A stretch of 31,123 nucleotides of DNA from Malacoraja senta (lineage: Eukaryota): assembly GCA_038087875.1 (NCBI GenBank), contig JAXLNO010000625.1, positions 124,001 through 155,123 of the forward strand, written 5' to 3'. Below the pieces are notes generated by a model. That model was not told where the DNA came from. It saw only the letters and a list, made by a program, of their open reading frames with translations, and ran no database searches. The position numbers were made by a program, and so were the translations under genes. Every line of letters starts with the position of its first letter. Position 1 is the stretch's first letter. Shown in pieces: positions 10,497-20,877 of this stretch.

Positions 10497-11539
10497 TTTC
10501 TCCTCCCAATATCAGGTGATAACCCCAAATCAGAAGAGAAGGAAATCTTATCTCATTACTTGCTACAACAAATTGATACCAGCAGATTGATCAAGTGGTG
10601 ATGTCAAAGGAGTTCACATCTGTGGAAAATGAGGAGTATATTTCCACAGCATTTATGAAGCTGCTTGAAACAAATCCAGCAAAGAATAAATTTGATGATA
10701 AAACTTATTCAAATATGAATATAAAAACTGAAAATGCTACGCTGCCATGCCAAGTCGGTCAGTAGTTGCAAATGCTTTATATGTTCTTTTAATGGGGAAC
10801 TGAATCCCCTTGTTGAAAAACCTGACAGGTTCCTCTTGGTGAGAGCTGACATATCACAAGTAATGAGGTTTGATGGTATTATGCATCTCAGACCTCAGGA
10901 ATGTACTCTTGGCACTTTGTTACAGCGGTGAATAGTTTGAAGATGTTGGAATGATCTCTGCGCTTTCTATTCCAATGTACATAAATTTGATTTTTACCAA
11001 AGTGTTTATGAAATCATAATTCAGCAATCTCCAAATTGCCTTACTTAAAAGTCCAAATTCATTTAATAGATATGCCCCAAGTCAATTAACATGGACTACA
11101 TGTATAAACTGAAACATTTCTTACCAGAGTTATAAGAAAGAGAGTAAAACATAGGGATTATAAAATTAAATTATTACTGAGCAGATGTCTTTTGGAGTAT
11201 CCCTTCTACAGCTAGGTTGTACTTAGAGTCTAGCCAATAATATAGGGGTTGGGATTAATCTAAGATCATTTATCAGCCATTCTTTTAATAGACCGTTTTG
11301 CAGACTAACTGGTGAAGGCTTGTGGTGCATCGCTACAAGTTTCCTTTACACTTTCTTGTCTTCCTGTCTTGGCTACTTGGCATGTGCTGTCTGAGTCCTT
11401 GTACAGTACCTACAGTGAATATTAGACAGTGCTTGACAATGTGACAGAATTTTAAATGCATATTTTAACGAGCTTACTATAAACCCTCCTGCTAACCATG
11501 TAACTTCAGCTCATCAAGTACTTTTATAGTTGCTGAGGC

Positions 11540-11660
11540 ACAAGGAATTGCAGATGCTGGAACCTAGTGTGGAACTGTGCTGGAGTAACTCAGAAGGTCA
11601 GGCAGCATATCTGGAGGACATGAATGGGCGATGTTTCGGTCAGCACCCTTCTCCAGACTG
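11540..11660 (-). mobile_element. Degenerate copy of the hammerhead-core (Penelope-like) repeat
   Basis: ggaattgcagatgctgg..tgctggagtaactcag..caggcagcat..gtttcgg..cccttctccagactg. Confidence 0.7.
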
Positions 11661-11924
11661 TTTTTATGGTTGCTTTGTTTGATTTAATTCTGTTTTGAAT
11701 TGCCTATAAATTGTGTCGGCTGACCTCTGCTGCAGACTTACTTGAGAGATAATGAAATATCTTTTTTCTGCGTAATGAACTATAATGAATTTACAGACAT
11801 CAAATAGGAGTGTGTAATTAATACATAGAGGGATTGGCTCCTGGAAAGTCAGATTCATTGGCAGTACACACAAGGTGAGTAAACAATATTTTAAGGAGCT
11901 ACAACTGCAACATTCTGGAACAAC

Positions 11925-12140
11925 ACATAAGTTCACATGTTCATAAGTGATAGTAGCAAAATTAGGCCATTCGGTCCATGAAGTCTACTCCGCCTAGTCT
12001 CAATCATGGCTGATCTAACCCCATTCTCCTGCCTCTTCCCCATAACCCCTGACTCCAGTACTAATCAAGAATCTATCTATCTCTGCCTTAAAAATATCCA
12101 TTGACTTGGCCTCCACGGCCATCTGTGGTAATAATTTCTA
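11925..12140 (-). mobile_element. CR1-clade LINE 3' end
   Basis: Approximate reverse complement of the 8400-8550 type sequence, with cataagtt-type tail. Confidence 0.85.
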
Positions 12141-12532
12141 TATAGTGCACAATAGACTGGCCCAGTCTGTCTGATGGGAGAGGTCAGATTTTCAGATGAG
12201 TGGGGAAAGACAAGACCTTGGGTCAAGTTTTGGTTGGGTCAGGTTGGGGAGCTGAAAGCAGCCACTGGAGACCAGGGTTAGACTGTGGTCATGATGATGG
12301 ATTAGGAACACATCAGGCTCATGCTTTGCAGGGAGGAAGGCCAGGCTTATGATCAGCTGGACATCATGACTGGAGCTGCTCGAGGGCAGTCTTGAGGAAA
12401 TCACAACGAGTCAGTTTATAAATTATGGAACACAAACAGAATTGAAACTCAGTAAATGTAGATGATCGGATCAATGTGTTCCTTTGGAAAACAATGTTTT
12501 TTCTATTCTACTGGGCATTTCTTCTTTTACAC

Positions 12533-12627
12533 AGTCTGAGGAAGGGTCGTGACCTGAAACATCACCTATACATTTTCTTAGGAGATGCTGCTTGACCCAC
12601 TGAATTACTCGAGCATTTTATGTTTGT
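12533..12627 (+). mobile_element. Degenerate hammerhead-core (Penelope-like) repeat
   Basis: agtctgaggaagggtcgtgacctgaaacatcacc..gagatgctgc..ctgaattactc; flanks cttcttttacaca / cttctttaagaca. Confidence 0.7.
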
Positions 12628-12892
12628 CCTTCTTTAAGACAACTAATTTCACTGCATAGCTATTGCTGGAAGCTGTTAGCTGATCTCCCTATCAAAACCT
12701 TTCATCATTTTAAAACCTGCTATTAAATCGTCTTGATCTACTAATTCCAATGTAAAGATTTCCAATGTCAAGTGTGTATGATGGCCATCGCTGTTAAATT
12801 TCTGAGGTTTTCTCTCCTGACTGGCTGCAAAATATGTGGGCTCTTCCTGTGCTCTTTGCTTCTCCAGGTTATTCTGTTCTCCATAAGCTTTA

Positions 12893-13216
12893 AGGGTGGC
12901 ACGGTGGTGCAGCGGTAGAATTGCTGCCTTACAGCGACAGAGCCCTGGGTCCCAGGTTCGATCCTGACTACGGGTGCTTGTCTGTACGGAGTTTGTACGT
13001 TCTCCCCATGACCTGCGTGGGTTTTCTCCGAGATCTTCGGTTTCCTCCCACACTCCAAAGGTGTACAGGTTTGTAGGTTACTTGGCTTGGTATAAATGCA
13101 AATTGTCCTTAGTGTGTGTAGGATAGTGTTAATGTGTGGGGATCACTGGTCGGTGCGGTCTTGGTGGGCGAAGGGCCTGTTTCTGTGCTGTAAATATAAA
13201 CAAATAAAGTAAACTT
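12893..13216 (+). mobile_element. tRNA-derived V-SINE (HE1-like)
   Basis: ggcacggtggtgcagcggtag head, ggttcgatcc B box, V-domain, gaagggcctgtttc 3' end, taaa-type tail. Confidence 0.9.
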
Positions 13217-13483
13217 TAACATAATTTCATACATTCTGTGGTTGCTTCTAGAACATCACTGTTGTACTGTGGTTACCATATTTATCATTATAACATTGTC
13301 TGCATATGGGGCTGTCTGCGATTAATAGTTTAGCCTCATCGATGACACCCATTGCTGCCAGATACCAGAGATACCCATCAGAAACTGTGAGACAGCAAAT
13401 TATATTTCAAAAAGTTAAATCACTGCCATAGATCTGATTTATTTTATAGTAATTGCTTTACCACTCTGTGCATTCCACACCAT

Positions 13484-13548
13484 TATTTTACTTCGGAGTC
13501 ACGTGAGTGACTACGTGAAGAAGCCCGCCAGCACGCATGCGCGTCAAT
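13484..13548 (+). repeat. DIRS B left ITR
   Basis: 13484-13520 is a perfect reverse complement of 17877-17913; 13523-13548 is the reverse complement of 18102-18127. Confidence 0.93.
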
Positions 13549-13692
13549 GCATCGACGCATGGCGCAACGACTGCCTGGCAGGCGCGTCGCTCCTCCAGCG
13601 GTAAGTTTCAAAACCTGCAGGTAAGTTTTAAACTTATTTTCAGGTTGTATGTTTCATTGCAGGAATCTCTTTTACAGAGTTTCCTGCTGGAT

Positions 13693-14900
13693 ATGGAAAT
13701 CCGGGGCGATATCCAGACGGGACGCGGGGAAACCGGCTATGGACCGCGGGAGTGCGGGTAGCCGGCGGCTGTCGGGTTCGCTACCCGTGTCGCTGACAGT
13801 GCGGTTTCAGCGACTTCAGACTTCGGCAGCCCCAATAGGGTCTGCAGCCAAACGGAGTCTGAGGCCTGGACTGGGACGAGTCAGGCCAGGAGGGTTCCCC
13901 TCCGACAAACTGGGTACGTCCTTGGGCGTTTATCCCAGATGGAGCATGGATAGCGTCTTCGGGCATTCATCCCACAAAGGTGATGCTCCATCATGATATG
14001 GTCCGTGAAACGGGGCCATATCAGCGCAGGTCTCCTCGGGGGCCTGCGGCAGCGCCTGTGTCAGGGCTGCTTACAAATCTCCCTCGCTGTGGAGGGGAGT
14101 GCCAGGGGTCAGTGTGTGACTGACTCCATACTGGAATACATGCGGGAGGTTCAAGAATTGTCTGTCATGTCATCAAGGGTTGCGCAAACAAAGGAGCCGC
14201 TGCAGGAAGAGTTGGCTTCCAGCCATTGGCAGAAAAACCTGGGAGGGGCCAGAGGGGACATGTTCCCTCCATCTTTTCAGAGATGGAGAACAGTTCCCCT
14301 CACGTTACAAGCTTTGTAAGCATCAGCTACCTCATGTCACATCAGTACAGGAACAGGTGAGGGTTGAAAAATACCATACACCTGTAAATTGTGCATTCCT
14401 GAAAGTGCCGGCAGTGAACAGCGCTATCTGGGGAGAATCAGACGTCCAGCAGGATGCCCTGGCATTGATGTGCAATGCACACTTCGAAATGAACTGCTTT
14501 CAGAAGAATGCCATCAGACCTGCCTTAAATCCCAAATTTGCAGGCTTATGTAAGTCCAGCAATGTCCAGCCGCCAAATCTTCTCTTCTAGGAAGACCTAT
14601 CCAAACAGGTAAAAGACCTGGATGAGGAAGCAAAAGTTGTCGGACTAATCAAGGTACCAACGACGAGCAAAGCTTCACCATTTCGGCGACAACACCCCTA
14701 CGCCTCCATCGGCAGTAAGCAGTTCACTGAAGCTGGTGGCAGCTTGAAAGCTGATTCTGGGCAGAGGTCTTTCAGGCCAAGGTCCAAACCGGCCCTCAGG
14801 GAAAATGCACAATCCACGCACCCCAGCAGTCCTACCCTCCAAATCAAGGACGGAAATAGAACCCACATCAGGGGCCTTTGGGCTTACCATAAGACCACTG
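13693..14900 (+). pseudogene. DIRS B gag-like ORF1 remnant
   Basis: TPVNCAFLKVPAVNSAIW, IRPALNPKFAGLC, LF*EDLSKQVKDLDEEAK; similar to element A; boundaries approximate. Confidence 0.72.
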
Positions 14901-16765
14901 GTAACCATGGTGGTAGGTGGGTCTGGTTCTTTCAGAAACATGGGGTGTGTGGACCAGTTACAAGTTGGTAATAGATTACACTTGTTTTGCACAATACTGA
15001 AAAGATAACATCAGATCAGTTTATACTGCACAGTATACAAGGGTTCCATATTGAATTTTCCTTTAACTCATTGCCACCCATACAATATACACCAAGTTGG
15101 ACATTTATTCATTCCAAACAAGGTTTGGGTATACAAGCAGATATCCAAACAAGTAAAAGATCTGGATGAGGAAGCAAAAGCTGTCAGGTTAATTAAAGCA
15201 CCCACGACGAGCATAGCTTCACCGTTTCGGCGACGACACCCTGCGCCTCCATAAAAGAAAGATGGAGGATGTCGTATCATCTTTGATTTAACTCACATGT
15301 GCAGTATAGACTTTTTAAAATGGAAAACTTCGTTACTGTCTAACAAATGATTTCCACAGGATGCTTTGTGGCATGCATCGATCTCAAAGATGCATACTAT
15401 TCAGTTCCCATTCACAGGGATCACCGGAGTTATTTGAAATTTAGCTGGATGAGGAAACGATAGCAGTTTAAAGCATTGCAAATGGGCTAACTTCAGCTCC
15501 CAGGTTATTTAGCAAATTACTAAAGCTGGTGCTTGGGCTGCTCAGAGCTCAAAAACACATTGTTATGGCCAGCTGGATGATATTCTAAAACGCTGTATTT
15601 TGCTAAATTAGCTGTTTCAGCCGCAAAACTAATATTTGAGAAATTGGGGTTTCTCATTCATCCAGTTAAATTTAAGTTGATACCAACTAGAGTTATTGAT
15701 TATTGGGATTTACCTTTAACTCTGTTAATTTGTCTGTGACTCCGCCCTGGGGCAAGAGATTAGAATTAATAGAAGCCTGTAACAACCTTGTTGTTATGAA
15801 GCAGCCTTCTATTCATCGCCCAATGTAATTCGCAATTTAGTGGCTGTTTTTTCAGCTGCGCAATTTGGGCCTTTGCATTATCAGAACTTACAACGTGCAA
15901 AGGAGCAAGCTCTCAAGTACCATGTAGGTAATTGTCACAGACCTATGCCATTACCAGCTGAAGCTATCAAAGTCACAATGGTGGACGAAGAGTATTCAGC
16001 ATTGCTCCAGTAACTTTTTTGGTCAGTAAACCTTCAGTTATACTACAAACTGATGCTAGTGCTCAAACACGAAAAATTACTAATACCATCTCTAGTTACA
16101 GATGTGCATGAGTTACCAATTCTTCAGTTATATGGTATCAACTACCTAGAGACACTAGGGGCATTCTATGGGTTAAAGGTTTATTGTGCGAATATGCATG
16201 CTCAACTACATGCTCAACTACATGCTCAACTACAAGTTGATACACTACGGTGGTGGCATATATTAATCACATGGGTGCAATCAAGTCGGTATCCTGTGAT
16301 AATTTACCTAACCTCATTTAGCACTGGTGTATCATCAAGTAAATCAATGACAACACAGAATGGATGTTGGATCACAAATATTTAATGACATTGTGGCTCG
16401 ATATGGAACACCGAATATCGAATTGTTTACATCCAGGCTCAATCACCAGTTGCAAAATATGTGGCGTGGCAGCCACACCCAGGGCCAGTGGCGATGGATG
16501 CATTCTCGCTACACTGGGGAGGAATGTTCTTTTATGTCTTTCCTCCGTTTTGCCTCATCAGTCGGGTCTTGCAAAAAATCCAGCAAGATCCCGCTTCAGG
16601 CATTTTCATAGTGCCTGACTAGCCTATGCAGCCATGGTTCCCATTGGGAATGATAATAAAAACTTATATGGTTATTTCTAAACACAAACATTGCTGGTTC
16701 ATCCCGTGACTCGCGAAACCATCCTCTGCATGATAGAATCAATTTATTGACTTGCAGACTGAGAA
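14900..16765 (+). pseudogene. DIRS B RT / RNase H / methyltransferase-like remnant
   Basis: VGNRLHLF, KKDGGCRIIFDL (~15254), IDLKDAYYSVPIH (~15377), LDDIL (~15574), LQTDASA (~16043), INYLE, ELFTSRLNHQ, YVFPPFCLISRVLQKI, QPWFP. Confidence 0.9.
16197..16234 (+). repeat. 12-bp tandem repeat (catgctcaacta) x3
   Basis: Three perfect units in the RNase H region (HAQL HAQL HAQL). Confidence 0.95.
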
Positions 16766-17727
16766 GACCGTTCCTGGGGCTCGGGTTGTCAAACTGAACC
16801 ATGGACGTGCTCACTGCAGATTGCAGGGACAGCACCAAAAAAGCAGTACATTTCCTCATTAGCAGATGGGAAGTATTTTGTTTAAATGCTAATGTTACAT
16901 ATAATACGGCACGGATAACTGACATCTTGGAGTTCATTTTCGAATGGGTCTTTGACAAAAATTAAATTATAGTGCCATTAACTGTGCCAAACGTGCTTTC
17001 TCATCATATTTTCTGCAGGGAGCGGGACCCACTCTGTCGGGTCTCACTCTCTGATATCCAGATTTATGAAGGATATCTTTAACACAAATTCTCCCAGGCC
17101 CAGGTACACGAAAGTATGCGATATTAACATTGTGTTAGCACTACTTCGCCGGCGGGCTCCAGCTACATCCTTATCTTTGGCTGGGCTCTCATAAGGTAGT
17201 TATGCTCATGGCGCTGGTTCAGAGCAATGCGGCCAGTCGTTGCTTAAGCTACGGCTGAACAGAATGGTTATATCTACCAACAAATAACATTCTATGTAAA
17301 TGAATTATTAAACTAAGCAGACCGGTCTAAAGTTGGGTCTAAAGCTGGAATTCTGGCATATCCTATGGACCATAGATTGTGTGTTGTCACACGTATTCAT
17401 CAACATTTTAAGGCTACAAGGAACCTTAGAGGCACTGAGCTGGCAATGTTCGTTAGCCACAAAAAAACACACAAGAGGGTTTCAGTGCAGACCATTTCCA
17501 GATGGTTGAGATTTGTATTGGCTTGTGCAGGAGTGAACACTGACGTTTTTAAATCTCACTCCACCAGGGCTGCGATAACATCAGCACCAAGGTTCATGGA
17601 GGTTCTGCTGGACCGCATCCTAGCGACAGCAGGATGGTTAAATCAGCAGACTTTCCAAACCTTTTATAACAAACCGATTGCCAGGCCGGGTTCGTTTGCC
17701 AACTCAATTTTAAGGTCCATCCAATAA
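16765..17727 (+). pseudogene. DIRS B tyrosine recombinase remnant
   Basis: ORF 17365-17727 has TISRWLR, FKSHSTRAA (HxxR), ILATAGW, TFQTFYNKPI (catalytic Tyr); upstream part frameshifted. Confidence 0.92.
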
Positions 17728-17876
17728 TTTGCTTATTTGCTTATTATTAGCATCAGCATGTTTTAAATCTATGTCATGTCTGAGTGCAGTATCATTTTTT
17801 CAATCATCTCTGGTCAACTAATGCAGGGTGTGGCATGGACTCGTGTTCGCGGCACAAAATCACAGAGCTTTGAAAT

Positions 17877-17988
17877 CTTCACGTAGTCACTCACGTGACT
17901 CCGAAGTAAAATAGGAAGATTAAATGATAACTTACCAGTTTAAAGTTTGATCTTTATTTTATTAGGAGTTACGATGAGGGATTACGTG
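17877..17988 (+). repeat. DIRS B internal complementary region (ICR)
   Basis: Complementary to both element ends, joined at taaaata 17907-17913. Confidence 0.93.
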
Positions 17989-18101
17989 CCCTCCGCTCCC
18001 AACCCTCTCTCATAAAGGTCAAATGGTAGTTCTAGTTTCTCGAATCTTCCTATAATCAGTTCAACAACTGTCATCTGTGATTTCACACCGCTGCTTTGAA
18101 G

Positions 18102-18197
18102 ATTGACGCGCATGCGTGCTGGCGGGCCTCATCGTAACTCCTCATAAAATAAAGATCAAACTTCAAACTGGTAAGTTCTCGTTTAATCTTCCTATTT
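18102..18197 (+). repeat. DIRS B right ITR plus extension
   Basis: Complementary to the left ITR and ICR; short internal deletion near 18127. Confidence 0.92.
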
Positions 18198-18231
18198 CTT
18201 CCTATAAACATTATGTTCTTTAAGTATAGGT

Positions 18232-18477
18232 TCAGTTTAGTTCAGGTCAGTTTAGTTTATTGTCACATGTACTGAGGTACAGTGAAAAGCTTTTGTTGCG
18301 TGCTAACCAGTTAACAGAAAGACAACACATGATTACAATTGATCCATTTACAGTATAGAGATACATGATAGGGGAATAATGTTTAGTGCAAGGTAAAGCT
18401 AGCAAAGTCCGATCAAGGATAGTCCGAGGGTTACCAAAGAGGTAGATAGTAGTTCAGCACTGCTCTCTGGTTGTGGT
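18232..18477 (-). mobile_element. Rex1/Babar-like LINE 3' UTR
   Basis: Approximate reverse complement of 8885-9150; (agttt)n tail. Confidence 0.75.
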
Positions 18478-18811
18478 CATATACTTTGATCCCTATCTTT
18501 GCTGAAAACTGATGATGGTTCTGAACAGACTGCCAGCATTTAAATGAAAGCAAGTTTAAGATTCCCATGTGTGCACCATGAATGTGGTAATCATGAACGT
18601 ATGGGGCATTGCACCTCTTTGAGTCCAACGGAAAAACTCCAGCATGCTGGGAATCCCTGGCATTTATGTTGGGGAATCTCCTTTGTTCCCAAAGGTTAGA
18701 CCTGGTACAGGATCCTTCACTGTTTAATTTCCTAGAGCTGAAAAGAGGATTTATTGTTTCTTTTATGATCTCAACAAACAAAAAAAATCATATATTCTTC
18801 AAATTAATTGA

Positions 18812-19225
18812 GCAGCACAGTGGTGCACCTCATAGAGCTGCTGCCCCACAGCGCTAAAGACCCGGATTTGAATGTGACCTCGGGTGTTATTGTGTGGAAT
18901 TTCCATGTTCTCCCTGTGTCTTTGTGGGTTTCGTCTAGGTGCTCCAGTTTCCTTCCACGTACCAAAGATGCACTGTTTTGGAGGTTAATTTGCCTCTATA
19001 AATTGCCCCTAATGCGTAAGGAAAGGATGCAAAGGTGGGATAACATTGTGCTAGTATGAACAGCAGGAACGGGGTACTGATTGGGGATGATCAGCCAATA
19101 TAACAGTGAATGGCTCGAAGGGCCGAATGGCCTACTCCTGCACCTATTGTCTATTGTCTGATCATTGACCAGTGTAAAGTCGGTGAGCTGAACGGCCTGT
19201 TTCCATGCTGCATCATTCAATCAAT
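18812..19225 (+). mobile_element. Old V-SINE interrupted by a CR1 3' fragment
   Basis: Degenerate head and V-domain 18812-19060; SINE 3' end resumes near 19160. Confidence 0.8.
19062..19159 (+). mobile_element. CR1 3' UTR fragment with (ctattgt)n tail
   Basis: Closely similar to 22219-22325, with an internal deletion. Confidence 0.85.
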
Positions 19226-19490
19226 GCTTTCAATCGATCAATTAATTATATAAATGTAATGTATTATTTATTTTCACTTCAGTCAGCTGACGAAACATTT
19301 TGGGCGAGTGTGCTCCCTGGTCCCTGCTTCTACAGAGATCAAACTGCTTGAGTCTGGACACATCATGCCAACAAGGAAAGCCCTCGACTCATTTGATATG
19401 GTGAGGGGGAGATGGACATAGGCAGTGGGCCGTGCCAGTAAGAGCTTGCCCACCTTGTATTGTGACCTTGCCTCTTATCCCTCTTCCTTA

Positions 19491-19841
19491 AGGGCCTGTC
19501 CAACGGGCATGCGACTCCATGCAGCAAGCGTGACCTAACCGCAAGTGGGGGCCATGCGGAGGTCGCGGGGCCGGTCCCACTTCGATCGCCGGAGCCGTAT
19601 GGAGTTGTGCGGAGCTGGTCCCGACAGCTGGCTCCAAAAAACTGACACTGTTCAAAAAAGTCCGTGCGGCAACGGCCTGCCGCCCCGCAGCCGCATCGAA
19701 GCCGTGCGCGCCGCATCGACGGCCGTGCGCACCGCCACGCCGCCGTGCGCACCGTCTTGACGTCACTCGACCTCCGCGCGGCCCCCGCTTCCGATTTGGT
19801 AGCGCTTGCCACATGCAGCCGCATGCTGGTGGACCGGCTCT
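19491..19841. mobile_element. PIF/Harbinger-type MITE
   Basis: TTA on both sides (19488-19490, 19842-19844); ~40-bp imperfect TIRs starting agggcctgtcc; GC/CpG-rich interior. Confidence 0.8.
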
Positions 19842-20418
19842 TTATTCTTAAATTATTATTACTTTCACTCCTTTGATTGGTGCTTCAAAAGATCCAATGC
19901 CACTGCTCGGAAGACCATCCAACTCTGTTAGTGCACTGGCCAACATTCCCGAGTTTAAATTATCAAAAGACAAAATAGACGATCTGGACCCCTGAGATCT
20001 GGACCCTTACAGGTGGACCCTGAGGTATGGAAGACCCGACTTATCGGAGATCTGACTTTGCACAAATCAACCGTAATGTTTTCAAGATTTTTTCAGATAA
20101 GAAATTAGCTACAGAAATGCAACCAATTTTCAGGGGTTATGGAATAGGGGTGGTAGCTAGTTAATTTAAAACATAACCAATCTTAAAAAGAGACTGCTTA
20201 AATGCCACCTCATTGCAGGCTGCAGATTCATAGCAGGAGGTCACATAAGATTTGCTTTGGAAACTGATGAAGGAATCTCTTCTATTGACACTTATAAAGT
20301 ATTTTATTAAACAATATAATATCAATTGATACTTTAAAACCATAACAACTAGCTATTGGTTGTAGATATTATGATTCCAGACCATCCTTACTACACAAGA
20401 GAAGACAATAAATAAATC

Positions 20419-20552
20419 TCAGTCTGAAGAAGGGTTTCGACCCAAAACCGTCCTCATTCCTACTCTCCAGAGATGCTGCCTGTCCCGCTGAGTTACTCCA
20501 GCTTTTTGTGTCTACGTTCGGCTTAAACCAGCATCTAGAGTTCCTTCCTACT
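20419..20552 (+). mobile_element. Hammerhead-core (Penelope-like) repeat
   Basis: agtctgaagaagggtttcgaccc..ccttcctac; flanks caataaataaat (20406-20417) / cagtaaataaat (20553-20564). Confidence 0.75.
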
Positions 20553-20636
20553 CAGTAAATAAATGTTCATGTTATTCGAACCTCATTCAAATTGTTTGTT
20601 TCTGACTGACAGAAAAGTTGGTTTACAGACAGTTCT

Positions 20637-20870
20637 CAGTTTTAGTTTAGTTTAGTTTAGAGATACAGCACGGAAACTGGCCATTCAGCCACCGAGTCCA
20701 CGCCAACCAGCGACCCCCGCACATTAACACTATCCTACACACTAGGGACAAATTACATTTACACCAAGCCAATTAACCTGCAAACCTGCACATATTTGGA
20801 GTGTGGGAGGAAACCGAAGATCTCTGAGAAAATCCACGCGGCTCACGGGGAGAACGTACAGACTCCATAC
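20637..20870 (-). mobile_element. V-SINE 3' part (split by a LINE insertion)
   Basis: (agttt)n tail and reverse complement of the V-domain; continues at 22338. Confidence 0.88.
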
Positions 20871-20877
20871 ACTCCAT

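Larger units (their letters stand above)
13484..18197 (+). mobile_element. DIRS1-like tyrosine-recombinase retrotransposon, full-length, degenerate (element B)
   Basis: Left ITR 13484-13548, ICR 17877-17988, right ITR/extension 18102-18197; RT, RNase H, methyltransferase-like and YR motifs. Confidence 0.95.

Noticed and set aside
12893..12975. tRNA genes at SINE heads
   Set aside because: A/B-box heads run straight into V-domain and LINE-like tails; these are SINEs.
16765..17727. Prophage integrase or bacterial contamination (YR + RT + methylase)
   Set aside because: Domain order and ITR/ICR structure are those of eukaryotic DIRS1 elements, embedded among vertebrate SINEs and LINEs.
19363..19876. 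Overlapping Arg/Ala-rich ORFs as genes
   Set aside because: By-product of the GC-rich MITE; no recognisable domain.
19981..20025. tggaccc short repeats as a regulatory array
   Set aside because: Only three short irregular units; consistent with local slippage.
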